Of a stretch of DNA of 40,846 bases, positions 1 to 10,601 are shown piece by piece. The position numbers and the translations under genes are program-made. Under the pieces are notes generated by a model that saw nothing but the letters and a program-made list of their open reading frames with translations, did not search any database and was not told the origin of the DNA. Every line of letters begins with the position of its first letter. Within the stretch, counting starts at the first letter, position 1. The stretch is from Reclinomonas americana ATCC 50394 (lineage: Eukaryota). Location: contig PS015028.1 in NCBI GenBank assembly GCA_048213135.1, positions 1 to 40,846 of the forward strand, read 5' to 3'.

Positions 1-2054
1 CCCCTGGGAGTCCAGCGAGGCGCAGCGTGCGAGCATTCAACGAGCCAAGCGGTGCGCGTGCCACGTGTTTTTTTGGTTGACCTCTCTGCGAGCATGCACT
101 AATACTGCTGGCATACATGCAGTGAGGAGTACGAGATCTACAAGCGCCAGTGGACCAGCATCACACCGGCACAGGAGGCGCAGTTCACCAAGTTCAGGGA
201 GCGCAAGGCTCGCGTCGGTGCGTGTCACTCTCACTGTGCGTCGCTCACCTCCTCTGCTCACTTGCACAACAGAAAAGGACGTGGTGCGCACGGATCGCTC
301 GACCACATTCTTCGAGAACGACGACGACCCCAACCTCAAAATGCTGAACGACATTCTCGTCACCTACTCGTTCTACAACTTCGACATTGGCTACTGCCAG
401 GGAATGAGCGACTTGCTGGCCCCGATTTTGGTCATTATGGAGGACGAAGCCGACGCTTTCTGGTGCTTTGCCGGTCTCATGACACACACGGTGAGTGGGT
501 GGGCCGGTCTCCCATTTACCAAGAGGAGTCTCGTGCTCATTTTTTATGTGCTCCAGACGCGCAACNNNNNNNNNNNNNNNNNNNNNNNNNNNNNNNNNNN
601 NNNNNNNNNNNNNNNNNNNNNNNNNNNNNNNNNNNNNNNNNNNNNNNNNNNNNNNNNNNNNNNNNNNNNNNNNNNNNNNNNNNNNNNNNNNNNNNNNNNN
701 NNNNNNNNNNNNNNNNNNNNNNNNNNNNNNNNNNNNNNNNNNNNNNNNNNNNNNNNNNNNNNNNNNNNNNNNNNNNNNNNNNNNNNNNNNNNNNNNNNNN
801 NNNNNNNNNNNNNNNNNNNNNNNNNNNNNNNNNNNNNNNNNNNNNNNNNNNNNNNNNNNNNNNNNNNNNNNNNNNNNNNNNNNNNNNNNNNNNNNNNNNN
901 NNNNNNNNNNNNNNNNNNNNNNNNNNNNNNNNNNNNNNNNNNNNNNNNNNNNNNNNNNNNNNNNNNNNNNNNNNNNNNNNNNNNNNNNNNNNNNNNNNNN
1001 NNNNNNNNNNNNNNNNNNNNNNNNNNNNNNNNNNNNNNNNNNNNNNNNNNNNNNNNNNNNNNNNNNNNNNNNNNNNNNNNNNNNNNNNNNNNNNNNNNNN
1101 NNNNNNNNNNNNNNNNNNNNNNNNNNNNNNNNNNNNNNNNNNNNNNNNNNNNNNNNNNNNNNNNNNNNNNNNNNNNNNNNNNNNNNNNNNNNNNNNNNNN
1201 NNNNNNNNNNNNNNNNNNNTTCTTGCGCGACGGCCAGGGCATTCACACCCAGTTGATGCAAGTCGTGAATCTGTGCAAGCTGCTCGATCACGAGTTGTTC
1301 ATGTACCTCGGTTCGTGCCCCTTCTAGCATGTCGCGCCGGCGTTTCGTGCCTCAACCCCCTTTGGCACCCTATTGCAGACACACACAACGCCTCCAACTT
1401 CTTCTTCGCCTTCCGGTGGATCATTGTGCATTTCAAGCGCGAGTTTGACTTTGTCGCAGTGATGCGGTTGTGGGAGGTAGCGTACGCGAACCCCGGTCTG
1501 TTGTTGTTGTCACGTCCTGACGCACCGCAAATCAGGTGATCTGGACTCACGAGCCGACGTACCATTGGCCGGTGTTCATGGCGCTGGCAATTCTATTCAA
1601 GCAAAAGTCGATCATCATGGCGCAGGAGCTGGAGTTTGACGAGATTCTGCAGCACATGAACAAGTAAGCTTGTGGAACCGCCTTTTCTCTCATTGCTGTC
1701 CCCTCACGAACTCCTGCGCGCTAGGCTGACGGGCACACTGGATGCTGACGAGATCCTGCTGATTGGCGAGGCCCTCTTCAAGCGCTTCCAGCTCATTGTC
1801 GGCGACGACATGGACTGGGATATTGTCAATCAGCCCGACTTCTCCTTTGAGTTCGCCGACCTGACACAGGCCACCAAGACGGCGCGGAGACAGGCTGCTC
1901 AGCAGGAGGAACAACGGCGAATCCAGGAGGCCATTGAACGCGGCGAGGTGCCACCTAATCGCGTGGTCGCCCAGACCGACATCTTCTTTTCCGATCTGCC
2001 CGGCGGCAGCAGCAGTGCACCAGCACCTGCACCGGCCGCCGCACCGCCCGTAGT
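1..2054 (+). CDS. TBC1D15: TBC-domain Rab GTPase-activating protein, TBC1D15/TBC1D17 (Gyp7) family; multi-exon, partial at both ends
   Basis: Spliced exons give EKDVVRTDRS (arginine finger), YNFDIGYCQGMSDLLAPIL (glutamine finger), EADAFWCFAGLM, FFFAFRWIIVHFKREF, MRLWEVIWT, LEFDEILQHMN. GT-AG introns link them. The 5' end lies outside the window; the 3' end runs into the gap at 2055. Confidence 0.85.
566..1219. other. assembly gap (654 N) inside a TBC exon
   Basis: N run; flanks ACG CGC AAC | TTC TTG CGC read continuously as TRN-FLRDGQG. Confidence 0.95.
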
Positions 2055-2957
2055 NNNNNNNNNNNNNNNNNNNNNNNNNNNNNNNNNNNNNNNNNNNNNN
2101 NNNNNNNNNNNNNNNNNNNNNNNNNNNNNNNNNNNNNNNNNNNNNNNNNNNNNNNNNNNNNNNNNNNNNNNNNNNNNNNNNNNNNNNNNNNNNNNNNNNN
2201 NNNNNNNNNNNNNNNNNNNNNNNNNNNNNNNNNNNNNNNNNNNNNNNNNNNNNNNNNNNNNNNNNNNNNNNNNNNNNNNNNNNNNNNNNNNNNNNNNNNN
2301 NNNNNNNNNNNNNNNNNNNNNNNNNNNNNNNNNNNNNNNNNNNNNNNNNNNNNNNNNNNNNNNNNNNNNNNNNNNNNNNNNNNNNNNNNNNNNNNNNNNN
2401 NNNNNNNNNNNNNNNNNNNNNNNNNNNNNNNNNNNNNNNNNNNNNNNNNNNNNNNNNNNNNNNNNNNNNNNNNNNNNNNNNNNNNNNNNNNNNNNNNNNN
2501 NNNNNNNNNNNNNNNNNNNNNNNNNNNNNNNNNNNNNNNNNNNNNNNNNNNNNNNNNNNNNNNNNNNNNNNNNNNNNNNNNNNNNNNNNNNNNNNNNNNN
2601 NNNNNNNNNNNNNNNNNNNNNNNNNNNNNNNNNNNNNNNNNNNNNNNNNNNNNNNNNNNNNNNNNNNNNNNNNNNNNNNNNNNNNNNNNNNNNNNNNNNN
2701 NNNNNNNNNNNNNNNNNNNNNNNNNNNNNNNNNNNNNNNNNNNNNNNNNNNNNNNNNNNNNNNNNNNNNNNNNNNNNNNNNNNNNNNNNNNNNNNNNNNN
2801 NNNNNNNNNNNNNNNNNNNNNNNNNNNNNNNNNNNNNNNNNNNNNNNNNNNNNNNNNNNNNNNNNNNNNNNNNNNNNNNNNNNNNNNNNNNNNNNNNNNN
2901 NNNNNNNNNNNNNNNNNNNNNNNNNNNNNNNNNNNNNNNNNNNNNNNNNNNNNNNNN
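2055..2957. other. assembly gap (~903 N)
   Basis: N run hiding the TBC 3' end and possibly the rest of a minus-strand gene. Confidence 0.95.
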
Positions 2958-3256
2958 NGGGAGAGAGTGACACGAGACAGCCAGTTTATCATGTTGCAGG
3001 GTGAGCTGCTCTCGCTGGTCGTATACACGCTTGTCGGAGAGGAAGGAGAAGAGGCAGAGGAGCAATCACAACTCTAGAAGTGGCCGTCACGGAAATTCCT
3101 GGACACACCGCCACCCGACGCCGGCGACGCTCCCCGTGCTGGTGAGCTGCCGGCCGCCTGCAGATCGTCAATGAGCATGGCGGCGGTGCTCCGCGCAGCA
3201 GGCGGCTGTGCTGGCGCCGGCGACAGCTGTCGCTCGGGTGCGGCCGAGGCGGGCAT
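2958..3256 (-). CDS. possible 5' part of a hypothetical protein running into the gap
   Basis: Minus-strand ATG at 3256 (MPASAAPERQLSPAPAQPP...SGGG), a possible GT donor, a pyrimidine tract ending in AG, then RVYDQREQLTLQHDKLA. No recognisable homology. Confidence 0.3.
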
Positions 3257-3303
3257 GAACACCACACCCGACNNNNNNNNNNNNNNNNNNNNTCTACGTT
3301 CCT

Positions 3304-5356
3304 TCATTTGCCGATGCAGAAATCACGAAAGATGATGTCCAGCAGTTGCTCCACGTCGACCTTGCCGGTGAACGCACCGAGACTGTCAGTCGCACAGGTG
3401 AGTGCCATGGAAATAGAGGGAGGAGGCGGTAAGGCGCACACGGACCTGTTCATGGCCATTCGCAGCATTTCGGCAAGTATCACCGGCTCTGCCACGCTCC
3501 ACTCTGCACGATGATGAGCCCATGCAGAGGAAAGTCTCATTCACCGCACACACACACGCACCGTCAATCACACGTTGCGTGTGCGACAAGCATTCGCGCA
3601 AGTGATGCAGGTGCCGTTCGCGAGTGACGACAATCGACGACACTTCCGTGGTCTCTAGCCTGCACGTACATGGAATCGGTCAGCTGCTGGTGGCGTGGCA
3701 GAGCGAGTCACATGACAAGACGCACCGCGCGGCAATCTGCTTGGTCAACACGCGCAGAAAGCGATCCACGCCATGTTGCGTGTGACAACTGATGGCAATC
3801 GGTGCCGTCGCGTCGTCCACGTCGACATTCGATCGATCCTGAGCATCGCACTTGTTCCACACCACCAGTGTGTCTTCGGTGTGCAAGTGCGCCAGTGATT
3901 CGGGTACTCTCCAATCGCTGATGGGGACGCTGGCGTCGAGCAGCGGCGTGGCGTCCAACACCAGAAGTCGGAGATCCGCATCGTGAAATCTGTTTTGCGG
4001 AACTCGGTGAGTAGGGGTTGTCGTTCTTGTACAAACAACGGGTTAGCGCACCTGGCCAGTGCTCGGTTCATGCCCTCGCGCTCGAGTGGATCGTCCGTGG
4101 CCTCACGAATACCTGCCGTGTCGGCCAACACCGTGGCGTAGCCGCCCAGATCGAGCGTCACTTCGATCACATCGCGAGTCGTTCCAGGCCGGTTGCTGAC
4201 CATGGCCACGTCTCGCTGAGCTGCAGGCTTCACGGTGAGATGACAGACACCAAGATCAACATATGACACACAGACACACCGAGCAAGTTCATTAGCGTGC
4301 TCTTGCCAGCATTTGGTGGCCCCACAATCGCCACGTGCACGCCCTGTCGAACCGCCATGCCGCGACGATGATCCTTCAACACGCGTTCAATACTCGACGC
4401 CACACTGCGGGTCTTGTCGAGCACTGCAAGGCGTGGTCAACAACAACCACAGACCGTCATCAGTCACCAGTCACCAACCGAGATCGCGCGTCTCCACCGG
4501 GATATCCTCATCGTCGCCAAAGTCAATAAACGCCTCAATGTACGCCAACGCCGTGCTGAGCTCGCGTCGCAGCGCCTGGATCTCGGCCGACGACTGGCCC
4601 TGTAAAGTCGATGAGCACACGAAGACCGCACCTGCGAACAACAACATGCAGACCGTCATTTGCCGCAGCGCTTGCTTGCGCTGCGCTTCGGTCTCAGCCT
4701 GCCTGACGCGCGACGACAAAACTCCCATGAGAGACACACACACACACAAGTCGACCGCGCAACACACACCACGCAACATGAATGAGGTCGGCCACGCCCT
4801 CCACCTTGGTCAAATCCAGCTTCTGATTCTCAAACGCTCTCCTCGTGAACTCGCCCGCCTCCGCTGGTCGCACATTGAACACCTCCTCCTCCTCACCCCT
4901 GTCCGCACTCACTCGCCGCCCATGCAACGCACTCAACGCCGCATGCAGTGCCCGAATCACTGCGCCACTCCCATGCGTATGAAACTCCACAACATGCTCC
5001 CCTGTGTAACTCCTCGGCGCTGCACACACACACTCAGCACACGCGCATGAGAAAGACAATAGAGACTGACTGACCAAAGAACTGCAACAGAATGCCGCGA
5101 TCAATCAACTCGCCACTCTGCGGATGCACAAAGTCGCGCACATGCACCATGCTCCCCGACGACTGCACAGGAAGCGGTCTTTGCACACATGAGCGACAGA
5201 CAAGAGAGAGAGAGACAAGTGCGCATTTGTGTACTTTGTTCCTCCTCTGCACAAGGCACGCGCGATCCACATGGCCTGTGGCCCAGAGACACGTGTCACA
5301 CTCAGTCCGCACCGTCCAGAGCCGCCAGAGCACAGTGCAAACACACTGGCCAACAT
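3304..5356 (-). CDS. GTPBP3: tRNA U34 modification GTPase MnmE/TrmE (MSS1/GTPBP3), multi-exon
   Basis: N-terminus [77 protein letters not shown]1 GPPNAGKS; G2 PGTTRD; G3 DTAGIRE; G4 NKCD; C-terminus [13 protein letters not shown]. Confidence 0.93.
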
Positions 5357-5435
5357 CAGAAAGAGTCACTCACACACAGACAGACAGACACACGATCAAC
5401 TGATCACGTGTGACTGTGCGACTGTGAGAGCATCG

Positions 5436-5683
5436 ATGGGCTACTTCTTCACGTTGCGTCTTCTCGTTGCATGTGTGTGTACGCGCGTGTGTGTGACTGA
5501 GAGAGAGAGAGAGATGCGTTGTCGCCCTCTGTGTGCTCACTCACTGACACACACATCGCTCACAGTATCCTGTCGTACTTGTCGCTGTACGTGGCAGTGG
5601 CGTTCCTCGCGTTGTGCTTGGGTGCGTTGCTCATTGTCGCGTGCGTGCTTGTGTGTGTTGTGGCAATGGCACTCACACGCGCG

Positions 5684-5714
<31 letters not shown>

Positions 5715-6651
5715 GCTCAGCATGCGGCTTGTATTACGTTGCGCTCTGACACGCATGTCTCTCTGTGCACTCTGTCTCACACGCTCACTCACCTCAATTT
5801 CGTTCACAGCTGGCCGAGTTGGCAGAGGAGTACACGTACATTTTCCGCAACACGCTCAAGTACTCTATCTGGGTGCGTGCTGCCTCTCTCTCACACACAC
5901 ACTCTTGCACACACTCACTCACTCTCTTGCACGCACAGGTGGTCGTCGGGCTGCATGCGTTGCACTGGTTGTTTGATGGCATGCCACTGATCGCCTGTGC
6001 ATTCGGTGAGAGACCCCTTTGCCCGACTGCATGCCATAGCCTTGTGACTCATTCTGCGAGCCAGGCATCGGTGCGCACTTGTGCTACAACAGCCTGCTGC
6101 GGCGGTATCCGTTCTTTGATTACCGGTGCGATTGCCTGCTTGTGTGCCTGCCTGCCTGCCTGCCTCACATTGTCGCTGATGACTGTGTTTTCTCGTGCTC
6201 AGCGGTGTCACGTTCATTGGCTCGTGTGGTGCGTTTGTCTGTGTGTGAGTATTGCGTTGATGGGCTGACACTGAGAGTGATTGGCGACGGCGACAGTGTG
6301 CTTTGTGGTCAGCCACCTGTTGTGGTACAACTTTTTCGTGTCGCCCGAGGGTCTGGAGTACACCATGTCCGACATTCTGTGCTTCTACTTTTACGCCGTG
6401 TGGATGGTGCGTACCGACGACGGCACAGCTGACGGTCAACTGTCTGTCTCCCACTTCTCTTTCGTCGTCTTCTCGTTCTTGTGTTATTGTTGTTGTGGTG
6501 GTGGTGGTGGTTTTTTCTTCTTCTGTGCCCTTATTCCTTGTCGTCTTCTTGTTCTTGTTGTTGGTGTTGCTGCTGTTGTTGTTGTAGTTGTTGTCGTCGT
6601 CGTTGGTGTTGTTGTTGTCGTCGTCGTCGTCGATGTTGCTGTTGCTGTTGT

Positions 6652-6683
<32 letters not shown>

Positions 6684-7045
6684 TTCTTCTCCTCCTCCTT
6701 AATGTTCTTCTTCTTCTTGTTGTTGTTGTTGTTGTTGTTGTTTTTCTTCTTCTTCTCCTCCTCCTCCGTCCTCCTCCTTTGCCGTCATCTCCTCTCCCTC
6801 TTCCTAAACTCGACTGTGCATTGCAGGTTCCGTTTGGCTTCTTCATCTCGCTGTCGGTGACCGAGCTGTCGCTTCCGGGCGCCGACGATGGTACGCACCC
6901 TCTTGCATTCACCCAGGCGATTCATTTCCTGACTCCGCATGCATGCACATGTACAGCTCCACGGAAAAACAAGCAGGTCAACCTGTTCAAGAGGATCGCC
7001 AGCTTATTCCGCAAGGACAAGGAGGCCGGCATGATCATCCACTGA
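5436..7045 (+). CDS. TEX261: TEX261/Svp26-family ER-Golgi cargo adaptor membrane protein, about 10 exons
   Basis: Spliced product [39 protein letters not shown]...HLLWYNFF...CFYFYAVWMVPFGFFISLSVTELSLP matches the family motifs [14 protein letters not shown] and WxVPFxFFxSLS. Confidence 0.9.
6455..6800 (+). repeat. compound trinucleotide microsatellite (GTT/GTC/CTT/CTC/GGT/GCT) within TEX261 intron 6407-6826
   Basis: Directly visible phased triplet runs; the plus strand is almost devoid of A. Confidence 0.9.
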
Positions 7046-7330
7046 GGAGGCAGAGAGAGAGCTTTGCCCATACATTTCTTTTTAAAAAAGGGCACGGCGA
7101 CCACATAAACAAACGTGTCGTAGAATCCACAGCAGCTTTGTGCATTCCTGCTTTCTCTCGTACTGTACCTGTGATGTCTCTGTTTCTGCTCATTCGAGAT
7201 GGTGATCTTCACGCAGCTCTTTCGATTATTAGTGCGGTATTGTGCTGGCTCGCTGATACAATCTGCAACAATCGGACAAACCACTCAACCGACGCACTTA
7301 CACACACTCACACAACACTCGAGCGCGCAA

Positions 7331-8236
7331 ATGGGGTGCTCCGCCAGCGCAGACTCCGACAGCGACAAAGAGTCACGAGGAGGAGGCCGCCGCGGTGCCA
7401 CTGGCAGCGACGATGTGGACCGAGTGGTGTCGACTCCACCTGCGCCCTTCCAGTCCTCAGCGGTTTGCAGACACAACAACACACACACACACGCGCGCGT
7501 GTGAGTCTCCTCTCTTGTGTCTCACTCGTGTGTGTTACACAAACAGTCGCGACGCAATCATGCTGTGCGTGCGTTGAAACAGACACTGCGCGAGTCAAAG
7601 GCCGCTCGTCAGGTTCGCCCTCTCTCTCCCCCTGTCTCTCTCTGCCTCTCACGCCCACTCACGCACACATGAGTAGAGCATCATCCGCTCTCGTCCACTG
7701 CCCATCGAGTTGGATCCTCTTGCGCAAGGAGCCGAGGGCAGCAACAGTGGACAAGGCGGAGGCGCCTCACTGCTGCTGACTCCACGAGGACGACAGCAGC
7801 AACAACAGCAGCAAGCACAGTCCACCAGTGAGGGAATCCACGCAGGCAGAGGTGCAGGTGCCAGCAGTCCTCAACGGTATCAACAGCAACAGCAACAGCA
7901 ACAGGGGGGAATCAACAGAGCACCCAGTAAGCTTCCGCCACTGGGCGGCAACAGCAGCAGCAGCAGCAAGGACTTGTTGGGAGTGGTGGCAGGTAAGCGC
8001 GAGTGACTTGTATACACGCAGTGAGCGCAAGGAGGGCCTTACGCCCATTCACGCAGCTCGACAAGTCGTCGTCGGTCGCACAGGGAGTCACTGGACGGCC
8101 GCGCGCCCGCTCTCATGAAGAACAAGAGGCGCGACGAAACAACACGTGTTCCTCACTCAGCACAGAATGGGAGCGCACCAATCAGGCTGCACAGAGCTCG
8201 AACATGGGAGCTCTACAACGCAGAACCAATCATTGA
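7331..8236 (+). CDS. hypothetical low-complexity (poly-Q/S/G) protein with N-terminal MGC acylation motif; 3' end uncertain (8118 or 8236)
   Basis: ATG 7331 gives MGCSASADSDSDK; plausible GT-AG introns join SRRNHAVRALKQTLRESKAARQ and SIIRSRPLPIELDPLAQG...QQQQQQQ. No family recognised. Confidence 0.5.
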
Positions 8237-8280
8237 TCGCGATCGATCAAATCGCTCGCTGCTTTTTGTTGCATAAACAC

Positions 8281-10542
8281 ATGAGCACCAACAGCTCCGC
8301 GTCGTCCTCTCTTGAATGGTCGAGCATCATGCGCATGGGCAGTGAACGCGCAGCAGCAAGTGCAGGTGCAGGAGCAGGTCCACCGACTCCACGCACACCT
8401 TCCCCGCGCACCACTCTCCTCAGTCACTCTCCCACGAGCGCTGCTGCTGCACTGGGCACTGCTGCAGCAGCCACAGCTGCACCAGTGCCGGCGGTGGCTC
8501 CACAGCGAGCAATCGATGCGCGTCTGCGGAAGCGACTCTCGCCACCGCGAACTGCCAGTGGAGAGTGGGTGGAAGGTGTGCGCACGCACTCTTTCACGTG
8601 CACTCTTACACACACACTTGCTCACTCGTGGATAGCACTGCGACGGTACACTGTGCGGTTGACGCGCACGTCGTCGTCACTGGATGCCACTGGTCGCACT
8701 GCTGGTGGTGGAGTTGGAGGCGCAGCTGCGCAGGGAGCTCGTGGTGGTGGTGGCGCAAGTCAAGAAGACAGCGATCCACTTGTGGGACTGCAGAGTGAGT
8801 GCGAGAGTGGCATTGGGATCTCATCGATCGATAGGCGATGCTGATTGACTGTGGTGCAGATACGTATCATGATCTGTCGGTGCAGGTGCAGAGCGCACGT
8901 GCCCGCAACGATCAGTTGACGAACAAGGCGCAGATGTTGCGGTCGATGGTCGATGATCGGCGGCGGCAAGTGGAGGATGCGAGCGAGAATGTGGAGCGGC
9001 TGCGCAAGGAGATTGCGATTGAGAGCATGTCGCCGGAGGAGCGGGCGCGGCAAGAGGCGCAGCAGAGGAGAGAGTTGGTGCATGAGTTGGAGGCGGTGGA
9101 GCGGCGGATCGATCATGAGTTGCCGGCGACGATCGCCAGTCTGGAGAACGACACGCGCCGACTGCGATACGCCAACGAGCATGTGAAGCGACAGGTCTTG
9201 TTGTGTGTGCGCGTTCTTGTCAAGTTGCCGCTCCCGACTCACGTGTGGCGCGCGTGTCGTAGTTGGCCGACACCAATGTGCTGGAGACGGCACGACAGCG
9301 TTTGCGAACGCTCGTGCGGTGGCGTGAGAGCTGTGCCAACACCGAAGCGCAGCAGTATACCGAAGTGGAGGTATGGTTGCTGCCACCCGCTTGTGTGTCT
9401 GTGTGTCTCTCATGTTCGCGGGCGGTACAGGCCATGAAAAAACGCATTCCCGACATGCGCGCAGCCACGCAGATGCAACGGGAGCAGCTGCGTGAGGAGC
9501 TGCATGCGATGGCCGAGGAGAACGACATGTTGCAGCAATTGGTGCGCGCAGTTTGCAAAGCACCTCCAAGGGCCTTTCGTTTTTTTGCTCATCGTGTGGG
9601 GTCGCAGAGCAAGGAACAACGACCCATCATGAATCGATACCTGCACGAGTACTTCGTGTCGGCGCGGTGTCGGTATCTGCACGCGCTGGGCGAGTACTAC
9701 CGCGATCAGGATGATCTCATTCACCAGGTGCGTCGAGGTCGCTCGTCCTCTCACACTTGCCCTGTGATGCTGAAATGGGTGGGGTTTCGCAGTACTGCAT
9801 ATGGCGATCGCAGTTCGAGATGATGCAGAACGTGGTGCTGCCGCGTCTCGACGACGAGATTGCGTCGTTCGGCAAGACGCGCCCGGCCAAACCGAAAGCA
9901 GGCGCCGAAGTGAAACACCAAATCAAGAGACGCCGTGCGCAGATGGAGTTCTGGCGCCGGCTGAGTCCCCATTTGCAGCGGTACCAGGAACATGGTCAGT
10001 GATGCACATGCGAGGCGATCAGAAGCACCAAGCCACAGTCTCACTTCTTGTTGCAGAACATCAGCGATGTGTGGAGCTGGAGGCGATTGCCAAGGCGTCG
10101 GATGTGGGCACGTTCCAGTCGATTCTCGGCCGCCTGCAAAGTGTCAACCAAGGTTCCCTCCCCCATCACCGTCGTTGTGCTTACCAACACACTGCGAACT
10201 CATCGCTCCCTGTGTTGCGTCACCTGCAGGTGTTCGAGATCGCGAGTGGCTGGAAAGCACCGGCCGTGCCGCCCCAGCCGGCCTCGAGCTCGTTCTCCAA
10301 CAGCTGCTCGACGACAAGAGCAAGGAGTTGGTGGAGACACAAAAGCGCGTCGCCGAGCTGCGGCGCAGACTGAATGAGGTGAGGCTCTATTCCTGCACCA
10401 CGCAGTGCATCTTCTTTCTCACCTCGAGCACCTCCAGCGCGCTCCAACACCAGTGGAATTACTCGACATGATGGATGTAGGTGGTGCGGGGAGTGGCAAT
10501 CTCTCGCTGCTGGACTCGACCTTTGGCTCCGAGCGACAGTGA
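8281..10542 (+). CDS. uncharacterised coiled-coil protein, multi-exon
   Basis: Disordered N-terminus followed by E/R/Q/L-rich heptad exons (NDQLTNKAQMLRSMVDDRRRQVEDASENVERLRKEI; LVETQKRVAELRRRLNE) joined by GT-AG introns; stop TGA at 10540-10542. May be continuous with the upstream model. Confidence 0.65.
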
Positions 10543-10601
10543 GCCAGGCGTAGTGAAACCAACAGCACACCGCAAATTCGTTTTCCTTCATTGTTGCGAC
10601 A

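Noticed and set aside
65..3065. Long ORFs spanning N runs (also 37280-38961)
   Set aside because: Artefacts of stop-free N stretches.
6484..6912. Antisense poly-Arg/Thr (protamine-like) ORF
   Set aside because: Translation of the intronic triplet repeat; no independent coding evidence.
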